Source: Eledone cirrhosa | Lineage: Eukaryota | Reading direction: 5' to 3' | Assembly (NCBI GenBank): GCA_964016885.1 | Contig: OZ024743.1 | Span: forward strand, 104,160,001 to 104,224,000 | DNA: 64,000 nt | In this document: positions 51,237 through 64,000 of the stretch, one piece after another | How the letters are laid out: each line of letters opens with the position of its first letter | Numbering within the stretch: the stretch's first letter is position 1 | Position numbers and translations under genes: made by a program | The notes under the pieces: generated by a model | What the model was told of the DNA's origin: nothing | Databases searched by the model: none | What the model saw: only the letters and a program-made list of their open reading frames with translations

Positions 51237-51512
51237 GGAGGCATGTGGCCTAGTGGTAAGGGTGATGGACTTACAATCATACTGTCATGGGTTCAATTCC
51301 TGGGTTGCGTGTTGTGTTCTTGAGCAAAACTCTTCATTTCACGTTGCTCCAGTATACTCAGCTGAAAATGAGTACTAGCAATATCTGGGGGTTTAACCCT
51401 GTGATGGACTGGTGTCCTGTCCAGGGGGGAGTCTTGTACTCTCAGTCGCTTTACGCCATGAAGCCAGGATAAGCACTGGCTAAATGAGCCTTAAATGGCC
51501 TAAGACAGACTC
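51237..51512 (+). mobile_element. tRNA-derived SINE with a CORE-like domain plus a V-like domain
   Basis: Box A TGGCCTAGTGG, box B GGTTCAATTCC, CORE-like ttgagcaaaactcttcatttcacgttgctccagt, then cctgtgatggactggtgtcctgtccagggg. Confidence 0.7.
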
Positions 51513-51759
51513 AGAATGGCAAGGGCCGTAACTCTATGCATCAAAGCATGGCGTCCGACCCTCTACAGATACTGCCATTACTCTATATATACTATTGTAT
51601 TTTTGTGCTAAAGGATTTATCTTACATTATTATCATTATGTGAGATAATTATGTAAGATAAATCCTTTCCAACAAAAATATAATAGTATATATAGAGTAA
51701 TGAAAATGTTAAAGAGTTAAGACAGACTTTAGACTTTTAGATATATATATACATGTATT

Positions 51760-51802
<43 letters not shown>

Positions 51803-52208
51803 CACACATACATACATTTATCATCTCTATCATCATGACTGTTTAATGCCTTATTTTCCATGCTTACTTAGGTTAGAGGATCATCAACGTTATGAGGCAA
51901 GTCTGGCCAGTTGTCATCCTTCATGAGCATCACATGCCCATACTATTGCAGTCTTCTCTCCTGCAGACAGCATTTGATCCCTCTTATGCCTAGTTTCACT
52001 CTCAATTCATTTACACTTCGCTGTCCATGCACACTACTGTTACACCTTGATTGGAGCATGCAAGCTTCATTTCTTTCCTATCTATGTAGATTCTCAGTGC
52101 ACAGTGCCCAAGTTTTGCTTTCATGTATTATTGGTGTTTGCACACTTGCATCATAGATGCTTGCCTTTTATCTTGAGTAAGAAACCTTTTTTAACATATA
52201 TATATATA

Positions 52209-52553
52209 TCATTTCATCATCATCATTTCATTTTACGTCCACTTTTCCCTGCTTGCAAGGGTGGGACGGGAACTGATTCTGGCTTGATTTCTACAGCTGG
52301 ATGCCCTTCCTAACACCAACCTCATTTACACTGAGTGCTGGGTGCTTTTTTTCTGTGGCACCTGCACGACCACTTTGCAGTGGAATGATATGGACCCCAG
52401 TCCCTATCGTCTCATTTCTACAGCTGAGTAAACTGGAGCAATGTGAAATAAAGTGTCTTGCTCAAGGAAACAACACATCACCCGGTCTGAGAATTGAACT
52501 CACAACCTTTCGATTGCAAGGCCAATGCTCTAACCACTAAGCCATGTGCCTCC
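52209..52553 (-). mobile_element. Full-length tRNA-derived CORE-type SINE with RTE tail. Partial copies at 31652-31892 and 48828-48927
   Basis: Box A TGGCTTAGTGG, box B GAGTTCAATTC, CORE-like block; tail cccgtcccacccttgcaagcagggaaaag shared with the RTE at 46245-46303. Confidence 0.85.
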
Positions 52554-52699
52554 ATATATATATATATATATTATGTAAAGATATCAATGCATATTAAATA
52601 TGTAATGATCGTGTTTCTCAATAAAAAAGCTCAACGGACCTTAGTTCAGAGCATCAATTATACAAGTTTAAAATATATATATATATATAGAGAGAAAGA

Positions 52700-52803
52700 G
52701 ATGAAAATAGACGAAGGACCGTGACAAGTGGAGAGATGCTGTGCTGAATAGGACCCGTCCCACCCTTGCAAGCAGGGAAAAGCAGACGTAAAATGATGAT
52801 GAT
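52700..52803 (+). mobile_element. RTE 3'-terminal fragment of the 44995-46303 family
   Basis: Matches 46205-46303. Confidence 0.8.
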
Positions 52804-53470
52804 ATATATAAATATTTATGTGTGTGTATGGGTGTGTGTGTGTGAATAAATATAAATATATAAATATATAGTTATGCACACACACACATATACATACTAT
52901 TTTATTTATTAGATTTATTATTCCTCTGATCTGATAGTGGGACTTGGATTTTCTTACAGGTTGCTGTAACCTGCCCTGACTACCACCAACACCAATGTGA
53001 CTATCCCACCACTACCACTACCAGTGCTACTTCCATCAGCACCAGCATTCCATTGTCACACCACCTTCATCACTAAAACCATCACCATTCCCACATTATT
53101 TAAAGGAAAAGGTTAAAACTTCCAAGACATTTTGATTATTAAAAAGAATATTTAAAAAAATATGTGTATGCTAGTGTTTATATTTCTAAGTACTTTGAAT
53201 TCGTAGAAGAGAACTGCTTAAGATATCATCTGCTTAAACCTTACAAAAATAAAATATTTTATATCACACATCTCCATCTAACTTTTTATGTTTCTCCTTT
53301 CTCTCTCTCTCCCTCTCTTTACAATGATTATATATATATACATATGTATGTATGTATCTGTATAGGCTTTGAGATGATCTACATGATACATTCTGTAAAG
53401 GGGTTGGTGATAGGAAGAGTATCCAGCCATAGGAAGTATGCTAGACAAAGGGTAAAGAGGACTCTTTAAC

Positions 53471-53678
53471 CCTTTAGTATTTACATTATTCTATATTTAC
53501 TATTGTATTTTCATGGTAAACACTTTATCTTACATAATTATCTCACATAATGTGGAATCTATGAAATTTTGATGTTATTTATTTCGAGAACAATACATTA
53601 GGTATGACTGGCCAGTTACAGCCAGTTTGAACAGAAAGAGGTGTCTGGATGGATATGGCTGGTTTAAATGCTAAAGGG
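53471..53678. mobile_element. piggyBac-type MITE, opposite orientation to 6737-6952
   Basis: TTAA-CCCTTTAGTATTTA...TAAATGCTAAAGGG-TTAA. Confidence 0.85.
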
Positions 53679-55670
53679 TTAATTGTGTGAAACACATGGC
53701 AACCTGATGATGATAATTATATATAATTATATACATATGACAAAATTGTAATTAAAAAACAAAGAAATATATATATATGAGATGCAACCGGTACCAGCAG
53801 AAAAACCTTATGCTAGTCCCATTAACCTCTTATTATATATAATATATATAAAAGTCATCTAACCCACACCAGCGTGGAAAAATGGATGTTAAACGATGAT
53901 GATAATGATATATATATATAATAGCATTTTGCTGTTTTAATGGCTGTTCTAGCGATAAGTTTCCTCATTTTTGTATGTATTCAAATACAGTCACACTTCA
54001 TCACGATCAAAGACAACAATGTTTTTTCATATATATATCATCATCATCATCATCATTTAACGTCCATCTTCCACGCTTGCATGGGTTTGGACGGGAGTTT
54101 TCCCACTTGAGGCAAGATTGGTTGTCCCACTCGTCTGGCAGGTTTTCTACGGCTGGATGCCCTTCCTAACACCAACCACGTTTACAGTGTGGACTGGGAG
54201 GTTTTTACCGTGTTACCTACACGGCCACATTACAGCGTGGACTGTGTGTTTTTTTGTTGTGACACCTACACAACCTCATTTGTTTCGGACTGGGTGTTGT
54301 GGTACCAACATAACTTCACATTTAAGGGGGTGGTGTGGATGGGGTGGGGGTAGTGGGACAGGGGTATATTTTTGTTAGAGGTGCCTACTGACTGTAGGTT
54401 TCGCTTTGTATATATATATATATATATATATATTGTTGATATAGGGCATGCTAGTATGAAGAAACAGACATAATGTTTTAATTTGTATATGCTTTTTCTC
54501 TCTCTCTCCTGCTACATACACATACATACATATACTTATATAAAATGTTGGCTTACATCATTCAGTACATCAACATCTACATGATTCATATCTTAAATCA
54601 TGCCATTGACTTATTTGACTTATTTCTCTTAGTTCAGTCTTTTTTGTGATTATTATGTTGCTGATGAACAATCTTCATAATCCTTTTTCTCTACCTGTAA
54701 ATCTTTTTTTCCCTAATAAAGCAAGTTCTTGTTAGCTATGCCTCACTGTTGAGGTTTGGCAGCATGGAAATATGTCCATTGTATTGCCTCCCACTCTAAC
54801 AAAGCTCCTAATTTTCTTTAAGCATCAAAATTGAGTTGTTTTAGAATTTGTAGAGTAGACTCAGCTGACCTCTGGACACATTAAGTAAGTGGTTTCATCC
54901 ACTGCTCTCTATCTATCTCTTCCTCTATTAAAACCATATACTCATATATTGGGATAAGTTATAAAAGGAGAGGAGTTATAATTCTTTCTCTCATTTTCAT
55001 GTTGGTCTTAATCGTATTTTGCATGCCTTTCTGACTAATGTTTTCCTTGAGTTAAATATATTCTTTCAGACACTCGGATTTATATGTCATTAACATCAAG
55101 ATTATGCTCTAACAAAGCATTTATAATCTACATCAAAGCATGTATAATTTACATCAAAGCATTTATAATTTACATCAAAGCATTTATAATTTACATCACA
55201 TATAAAATGCATACATCACTTTAACTTGCTATCTCTATAATTAGCATTGGATAGAACATATAGGTTAGTATTTCTATAAGTAACTATATCATGTTAATCT
55301 ATGAGGATAAATAAAAAAGATATTAATTAATATTGGTCTTCATGTAGTTATCGATGAACTCTGTTTGGTTGATTAATCATTTCTATATGTTTGATATATC
55401 CTTAATTTCCCTATAAATTAATTCTTAATTTCTTGAAATTATCTCCCCCTTTCTTCTTGTGAGTTGCTAACATTTGCTACTATTTTTTTTCTGTATCCAA
55501 CTAAGAGGTAAATTTTAATTCATTAAATATTTATAAACTCATACCATTCGTTTATTTAAGTTATTTCCCTTTTACACATACATGTACAAGCATATATTTA
55601 TATATCAATTGATCTTCTGATCTATCTACCTATATTTCTCTTTCTCTCTGTCATTCTATTGTCCTATATA

Positions 55671-56280
55671 TGGCGGCTGCCAACTCGTTTTTCGAGTACG
55701 GCCACTACTTTATATCCATGTAGGAGAACTCCTACCGATGTGCTGAACGAGTGTGACTCTTTAGTCCAGCCAGCGACTTGAAAACTCTGGTACAAACACT
55801 ACACTTGTGACAATTATTGACACAGTGCTGGGCCCATGGTACCATGTGACGACAAGTGCAGAGAGATCTCCAGATATAAAGCAATACCTGTGCCGTGAAG
55901 CTTTTATAGTGAGCAAAGGCACTGCACAAAGCCAGTCCCACTCTCTTAACCAAGATGATATTTACCAAAAAGAAGAACAAGTCAACATCATTGGATACCA
56001 TCAGGGTTGCAGGTGTTATATCAGAGTTTTCCTTCTCCTAGAATTCTGCCTTGACAAAGGCTAAGGGGTCATCTCTCCCGGTGATTTTGGATGGCCATTG
56101 ACTCATAAGAGCTCCTTTGCTCTTTGACAGGTTTTGTTTTTAGTCCTGCAGGATGTCCAAAGTCACCCTCCTCACCAAGAAACCTTGGTGGGGTTGCCAG
56201 TTTAGTCGCCAACGACCCGACCATGAGACAGGTTGTACTGGGATACATGTTACCAGTAGCACCAACTGGTGACCTGACAT
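55671..56280 (-). mobile_element. Bipartite non-autonomous RTE-derived element, apparently full length
   Basis: Second copy of 149-696 with extra 5' sequence; tail encodes [26 protein letters not shown]; (TA)n flanks. Confidence 0.65.
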
Positions 56281-56423
56281 ACATATATATATATATATAT
56301 ATATACATACATACATACATATATAGATATATATATATATGTGTGTGTGTGTGTGCATATGATTTCATGTACATAGGTATACACAGGTATACACATTAAC
56401 ATTATACAAATAATATGTATATG

Positions 56424-56478
<55 letters not shown>

Positions 56479-56714
56479 CATACACATGCACATATACTAT
56501 ATTTTTCCCTGGGGAATATATTTTATAGTCCACCCCCACTAGTTTTATTGCTTAGCTTTATTTCTTTAACCTGTTTTATTTTAAAGTTTTTAGACTTCTA
56601 TGTTGTCTGGTTTTTTTTAAATAATTTAGGTCATTTAGTAAATCATTTTGACTGGACTTTATACACCTCTATATAGACAAATAACACCCCCACTGATATG
56701 GGTGTGATTGTATA

Positions 56715-56784
<70 letters not shown>

Positions 56785-56876
56785 TACATATATCCGTACA
56801 TATGAACTCATGCAGTATATACATATTTGAGGCATTTTATCTATCTGCCTGTCTGCCTGTTTGATTGTATGACTGC

Positions 56877-56908
<32 letters not shown>

Positions 56909-57119
56909 ACGTGTGTACCCTCAGTCATGGTTTGTGGGCCATGGGTTTATATCTAGAAAATCCCTGTCCAAGCCTGAGCAAGGAGGTTTTTATGGGAAGC
57001 TAACAATCCAATCACTCAAGTATCCCAGTTTCTCATTTCCATGCCACTGAGATAGTCCAAGGGAAAAGTTGATACACCTTGTCACCAGTGTCAACAAATT
57101 CATATCTACATATATATAT

Positions 57120-57153
<34 letters not shown>

Positions 57154-58439
57154 GTGTGCGTGTGTATATATACTCACATGTACATACATATGTATATGTA
57201 TTTAGTATTTTTTCTTGACTAGAAAAAGTGAGTTTCTGAAGAAGGTGTGGTCTCTAGCTAGTTATATTGATGCACCAAACAGCCACCCACAACTTAGCCT
57301 CCCAGCCTACCCCAGCAATACTGCTACTTATTTTCCTTGATACCAGGGGCATGATAAGTCATATAAAAAAATATATGTTTGGTTGGTTAGTTGTAAATCA
57401 AGTTATTTCTGTGAGTTTAACATGTGTATTAATTAATGATCTGGCTCCATTGTAAGGTTTTGTAAACGTTTCTCTGACTCATCAGTTAAATCTCAATCCT
57501 CACTTTCAGGCCTATTTGTCTATCTTAATTCTTTCCCACATTTTTTATTTCACTGCTGCTTTCTAATAATTTTTTTAAATCTCTTAACATCCAGTAAAGA
57601 TTTTGCAGAAAATATTAAAAAAAGTAACAGGTTTCTTAATTCAAATGTCAACAGTGTCTTTACTTCTGGACAGATTATTGTGAAGATTTGCAGTATTAAC
57701 TCTAAACATCTGATGATGATTTAACAGAAAATAACTTTCAAAAAAGAATGTGCTTGTTAATTCAAATGTTTATAGTACCATTACTGCTTGACAGATCATT
57801 GTGAACATTTGCATTGTTAGGGTAAATACCTTATTTTTTAATGTGATGTTAATTATTCTAAAAATAATTGTTTCTACTTTTTGGCACAAGGCCAGCAATT
57901 ATCCCAGTACATTACTGGTGCTTTATTTTATCGACCCCGTAAGGATGAAAGGCAAAGTTAACCTCGGCGGGAATTGAACTCAGATCGTAAAGGGACGTAA
58001 CTATGCTGGAAAGCATAATCGAACCCTCTACCGATACTGCCAATTCACGGGGCTTATGTATGGTTGTAAACTACCACCATAACCACTACTACCATACCCA
58101 CCATCACCATAACCACCACCACCACCCCTACCATACACACACACACAGATATATATATATAATATAATAAATCACATGAATACACCAATTTCGCAGTTGA
58201 TGGATTAACATTATTTAGGTAACTGATGTGTTTCGTCAATATGTAGGTGACCATATCTAGAATCGCCAAGCCAATGTGTTTTCATCGGAGAAATCGACTT
58301 CAAATACTTTGCGTCAGCACTGTCACATATTTATTTCTCAAAGTTTAACAAAGTTTGCATTTATACAGGTTATCATTTATATATAGAGAGAGAGGTGTGT
58401 CACCATAGAGGAATCCAGGTTGTATAAAATTATAATTGT

Positions 58440-59920
58440 ATTCTGACTATGGAAACAGAATTTAGAATCAAAAGGTCTGAGAGTAAACTTAGCCAAGACT
58501 AAAGTGCTCATAAGCAGGAAAGAAGATAGAACCCTAATTCCTTTCGGGAGGTGGCCCTGCTCAATATGTAGAAAAGGAGTAGGCATAAATTCTGTACGAT
58601 GGTCACAGTGTAAATCTTGGATACAGAATAGATGTAGTGGGATATCAGCTAAACTAACAGGAAGAGAAAACTTTGTATATAAAAGATGGACAGGAGTAAT
58701 CGAGTGAAGGATCTGTAGTGACCTACATTCCGCGGGCTCACATACATTCTCTGCCTTCTGCTCAATTATTTTTTAAACTGATGTGCTCTTTCAGCATTTG
58801 TTCTTGCTGATTCAATAATCTGTATCGACTTCCTTGTGGGTCCTTGGCTTCTTCATTTACGATTTTCGGCTAAAAATCTGCTCGGAGGTATTGTAGTGAC
58901 CTACATTCCGCGGGCTCACATACATTCTCTGTGCGTGATTTGGCTCAGTTCAGCCAATCAGCGCCAGTAGAAGAGGATATATCCTATGGCGCCCTGAGGA
59001 AGAAATTCCCCGCGAGGATTTGAAGAATCTCTCTCTTGTACCGGGAACTTCGAACCAGCAACACGCATAATGTAACAGTGAGATTTTGCACCCTCGCCTC
59101 GCCGGCTTTCCGGAGCAATGGCACATTCCCTTTTGTAACCTCTTTTTATATGTAACTTCAACCATATAAGTTAACAAACATTGTTTGTGCTACATCAAAA
59201 ATAAACATACATTTCATCTCTAATTTCTGCTGTTGAAATCATTATTATGTTACTCGTGTCTCAATAACATCTATAATCCATGCTGCTGGAATTGGCGACC
59301 TGACGAAAGGAATATTGTAAATACAAAGATGGTAAATAGATCGAGGGACCTTCCCTCACGTCTATGTCGACAAGACAATCCAACGAGGATACTATCACTT
59401 TACCACACTGTCAACTAACGACCTTCGTTCAACTACCCTGCTAAAGATCCATAGAAGTGGATGATAGCTTCTGCTGTCTAGGTGACCTAATTAGCAGCAG
59501 AGGAGGGTGCTCTGAGAGCATAGTAGCTAGCATAAAGATAAGATGGAAAATATTTAGAAGCTACTCTCACTGTTGATAACTAGAGGTTTCTCCCTGTGTA
59601 AAATGGATGATTGTAGAATGCCTGTGTGTGAAGTGTAATGCTGCATGGCAGTGAGACATGGGCTGTGACTGCAGAGAACATGTGCAGGCTGGAGAGAAAT
59701 GAAGCAGCCATGCTTCGTTGGATGTGCAATGTGAGAGAAAGGCAGAGCTTAGATGAACTGAGGGAGAAGCTGGGTTTAAGAGGAATCTGAAGTAGTGTGC
59801 ACAAGAAAAGACTGCGTTGGAATAGATATGTGATGTACATGGATGACGATTGCTAGGTGAAAAGTGCTAGGAAATCCCAGTGGAAGGAAGATGCAGTATA
59901 GATAGACCAAGGAAGACTTT
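58440..59920 (+). mobile_element. Decayed RTE LINE fragment interrupted by an LTR-derived insertion
   Basis: GRWPCSICRKGVGINS PHD remnant; resumes at 59450 (catagaagtggatgatagcttc). Confidence 0.85.
58714..59445 (+). mobile_element. Rearranged LTR-retrotransposon remnant
   Basis: GATC on both sides (58710-13, 59446-49). Starts TGTAGTGACC; the first ~40 bp repeat at 58892. AATAAA, then ..AATAACA (~59269), then PBS-like TGGCGACC (~59293). Confidence 0.6.
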
Positions 59921-59924
59921 CTAA

Positions 59925-61128
<1,204 letters not shown>

Positions 61129-61153
61129 GTGTGAATATATATATATATCTGTG

Positions 61154-61184
<31 letters not shown>

Positions 61185-61207
61185 GTGTGTATATATATAT
61201 ATATATA

Positions 61208-61238
<31 letters not shown>

Positions 61239-61244
61239 GTGTGT

Positions 61245-63960
61245 CATCATCATCATCATCATCACCGTTTTACGTCCGTTCTTCCACGCTAGCATGTGTT
61301 AGACGGGTTGTCCTGTTGTGGGCAGTGTCTGGTCGGCTGACCATGCCTTGCTCATACAGGAACTGATCTGGCTTGATTTCTACAGCTGGATGCCCTTCCT
61401 AACACCAACCTCATTTACAGTGAGTGCTGGGTGCTTTTTCGTGGCGCCTACACGTCCACTTTACAGTGTGGGCTGGGTGATTTTTTGCCGTGGCACCTCC
61501 ACGACCACCTTGCGGTGGGGGGGGGGCATATTGTTTATATGCTTCAGCATGTACCCATGGGAGGTCGGGTACCCTGTATTACTGCGTGACGCCAGAAGTC
61601 ACGGTCGTGTGTCATTGTCTTTGAGAGGTGTAGTTGGGTAAGGTCGGCTTTTATCACCTCATCCCAGGTTATCTTGAGTCTCCCCACTCCGCGGTTTCCA
61701 TCAACTTCTAGTGCTCTGCACCTTTTTATGCAGCTGTCATCCTTCATACGCATCACATGTCCATACCAGCGTAACCGCCTCTCCTGCACGCAGCATTTGA
61801 TTCCTCTTATGCTCAGTCTCTCTCTCAATTCATTTATGCTTTGTCGTTCACGTATATTACTGTTACACATCCATCGGAGCATGCAGGCTTCGTTTCTCTC
61901 TAATCTACGTAAGTCTTCCACCTTCAGCGCCCAGGTCTCACTACCATGCAACATCGCTGTTCGGATACACGCATCATACAGTCTGCCTTTCATTCTGAGG
62001 GAGAAGCCTTTTGCAGCTAGCAGTGGTAGTAGTTCCCTAAACTTCTTCCATCCCGTTCTTACCCTAGTTATTGTACTTTCTGAGCACCCACCTCCGTTGC
62101 TAATTCGGTCACCTAGGTAGCAGAAGCTGTCTACTGTTTCTACAGGGCCCTCCCAGAGATTGGTGGTACTTGTTTCCTGTGGCTGTTTGCTTGCTGTTTC
62201 AGCACAGCTGCTGCATGTGAATCCTACATTCTTAATTAAGCTTCCTGAGATCCCGCTACATCTCTTGTGTACCCATTGTTTGCATTTGGGGCAAAGAATG
62301 GAGTTCCTACCTACACCTTTCCTACATACTGAGCAAGGCCATTTCCCTGAGGGGATCTGGGTTCTGTTTTCTCGTCTACTTATAAGGACCTTAGTCTTTG
62401 TCATGTTGACTTTGAGGCCCTTTCTCTCTAGTCCCTGCTTCCAGGTTTGGAATTTATTCTCTAGTTCTACCATAGATTCAGCTATGAGTGCGAGGTCATC
62501 AGCATACAGGAGTTCCCATGGGCATCCGGTCTTAAACTCCTCCGTTATTGCCTGCAGGACTATGATGAACAGGAGAGGGCTAAGAACAGAGCCCTGGTGG
62601 ACCCCAACCTGTACGCTAAATTCCTCGCTATACTCATTGCCAATCCTAACTTTGCTGACTGCTCCCCTATACATGGCTTGTACCGCTTTCACAAGCCATT
62701 CATCTACTCCTAGTTTTCTAAGAGCCCACCAGATTACTGCACGTGGAACTCTGTCAAAGGCTTTCTCAAGGTCGACAAATGCCAAGTAGAGTGGCTTACT
62801 TTTAGCTAGGTACTTTTCCTGTAATTGCCTCACAAGGAAGAGCGCATCAGTGGTGCCTTTCCCTGGAACAAACCCAAATTGCATCTCGTCTATATTCACC
62901 CGGTCCCTAATCAGCTGTGCTATAACTCTTTCTGTTACTTTCATGACCTGGTCCATCAACTTTATACCTCTATAGTTTCCTCTATCTAGTGCATCGCCTT
63001 TACCTTTGTAGCAGTTGACAATGATGCTACTGCACCAATCTTTTGGTATGGCCCCCTCTAGTATTACCTGGTTAACGATACGTGTGGTTATAGTGTGACC
63101 TACAGACCCAGATGCCTTCAGCATCTCGGCAGCTATACCCGATGGACCGGTTGCCTTCCCTATCTTCATATCTCTGATTGCCTTACTTACTACGCTGCCG
63201 CTGACTTGTACTGCTGGTCCCTCTATAGGGTCTACGTGGGGTAGGGTCTCTTCTTCCCATGCATTCTCCTCATTTAGTAATCTATCATAATGACTCTTCC
63301 ATGCATCTTTCTTCTCAGCACTTGTGAGGGCAAGCTCACCTTTATCATTCCGGATACACTTCTCTCCAATGACATCACAACTATCTCTGACACACTGCCT
63401 CGCAATCTTGAATACCTCCTGTTTCTGGTCCTCACGTTGTAAAACATGCTTGAATTTTCTATCCTCTGCTTCCCTCCTAGCTAAGTATACTTGTCGCCTA
63501 GCTTCCCTCTTGGTCTCTATGTAATGTACCCTGCTCCCCCCGTTCTTCCATTCTTTCCATGCCTGTCTCTTGGCCTTGACTGCTTCATCTACCTTATTGT
63601 TCCACCACCAAGTCACTCTCCTCCTGCTTGAGGTCTTACTCCAGCCACAAACCTCATCCGTCGCCTCTAGTAAGTTATTTTTTAGGAACTCCCAGTTCTC
63701 TTCTACGTTAAATGTCTCTATCTGTTCTTCTTTACTGTCGTAGGCGTTGAGTAAAATATCTTTAAATCTGTTACTGGTTGAGGGGACTTTCAGCTTCCAG
63801 ATCTTTCTTCTCCAGGTTGGCCTCTGTTTCAGGGCTTGTCTAGTTCTGACCGTGAGGTCGCTGACAACTAAGCTATGTTGGGATGTACATTCCTCACTAG
63901 GGAAGGCTTTTGTGTTTACGACCGTCCATCTGTCACGTCCTCTGATGAGGATAAAATCTG
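61245..63960 (-). mobile_element. 5'-truncated young RTE-clade LINE
   Basis: Open ORF, 3'UTR and (GAT)n tail; truncated at (TA)n. Confidence 0.95.
61544..63958 (-). CDS. RTE ORF: end of AP endonuclease, reverse transcriptase, PHD-like zinc finger
   Basis: DFIL..SQHSLVV, TWWWN, KATGPSGI, NYRGIKL, QFGF, FVDLEKAFD, QGSVLSP, YADD, CSVC..CPKC..HKRC..CSSC, GSETW, RRLRWYGH. About 800 codons with no stop. Confidence 0.95.
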   Translation of the reverse strand, partial: DFILIRGRDRWTVVNTKAFPSEECTSQHSLVVSDLTVRTRQALKQRPTWRRKIWKLKVPSTSNRFKDILLNAYDSKEEQIETFNVEENWEFLKNNLLEATDEVCGWSKTSSRRRVTWWWNNKVDEAVKAKRQAWKEWKNGGSRVHYIETKREARRQVYLARREAEDRKFKHVLQREDQKQEVFKIARQCVRDSCDVIGEKCIRNDKGELALTSAEKKDAWKSHYDRLLNEENAWEEETLPHVDPIEGPAVQVSGSVVSKAIRDMKIGKATGPSGIAAEMLKASGSVGHTITTRIVNQVILEGAIPKDWCSSIIVNCYKGKGDALDRGNYRGIKLMDQVMKVTERVIAQLIRDRVNIDEMQFGFVPGKGTTDALFLVRQLQEKYLAKSKPLYLAFVDLEKAFDRVPRAVIWWALRKLGVDEWLVKAVQAMYRGAVSKVRIGNEYSEEFSVQVGVHQGSVLSPLLFIIVLQAITEEFKTGCPWELLYADDLALIAESMVELENKFQTWKQGLERKGLKVNMTKTKVLISRRENRTQIPSGKWPCSVCRKGVGRNSILCPKCKQWVHKRCSGISGSLIKNVGFTCSSCAETASKQPQETSTTNLWEGPVETVDSFCYLGDRISNGGGCSESTITRVRTGWKKFRELLPLLAAKGFSLRMKGRLYDACIRTAMLHGSETWALKVEDLRRLERNEACMLRWMCNSNIRERQSINELRERLSIRGIKCCVQERRLRWYGHVMRMKDDSCIKRCRALEVDGNRGVGRLKITWDEVIKADLTQLHLSKTMTHDRDFWRHAVIQGTRPPMGTC

Positions 63961-64000
63961 TGTATATATATATATACATATATATACATATATATATATA

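Noticed and set aside
51237-51305. tRNA gene (also at 52480-52553 and 5930-6000)
   Set aside because: A and B boxes are present but there is no acceptor stem, and the sequence continues into SINE bodies.
54845-54890. ag...gtaagt-bounded micro-exon
   Set aside because: Stops in all three frames and no other support.
56190-56280. HDV-like or twister ribozyme call
   Set aside because: I could not place P1/P1.1/P3 or the twister conserved residues in the required order, so it is kept only as an unclassified structure.
57235-57295. Hammerhead-like CTGAAGA ggtgt...gcacc aaac; similar weak cases at ~52600-52660(-) and ~58215-58290(-)
   Set aside because: The core has two or more defects or no stem I, so it cannot be told apart from chance without a family consensus.

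Overview
Eukaryotic, repeat-saturated DNA with no host gene that I can identify. The SINE and LINE families and the extreme microsatellite load suggest an octopus genome, but this is an inference. The window holds: a full-length degenerate Ty3/Gypsy LTR retrotransposon (35648-41577, TSD GGGG); a 5'-truncated RTE LINE with an open ~800-codon ORF containing a PHD-like finger, plus several decayed RTE, CR1 and CRE-like LINE fragments; three Penelope-like element (PLE) coding fragments, one of them Naiad-type; a hAT-like transposase cut off by a mariner; piggyBac-type and hAT MITEs; many tRNA-derived SINEs; and a 48-bp minisatellite. The most notable signal lies outside the ORFs: about a dozen type I hammerhead ribozyme (HHR) motifs of several unrelated sequence types on both strands. 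They sit in short PLE terminal-repeat-like segments between (TA)n microsatellites, and many form fold-back palindromes. The clearest is 44343-44781, with one HHR per strand; a partial second copy with the same fold-back breakpoint lies at 936-1205. All coordinates and base pairings were read by eye; no searches or folding programs were run.
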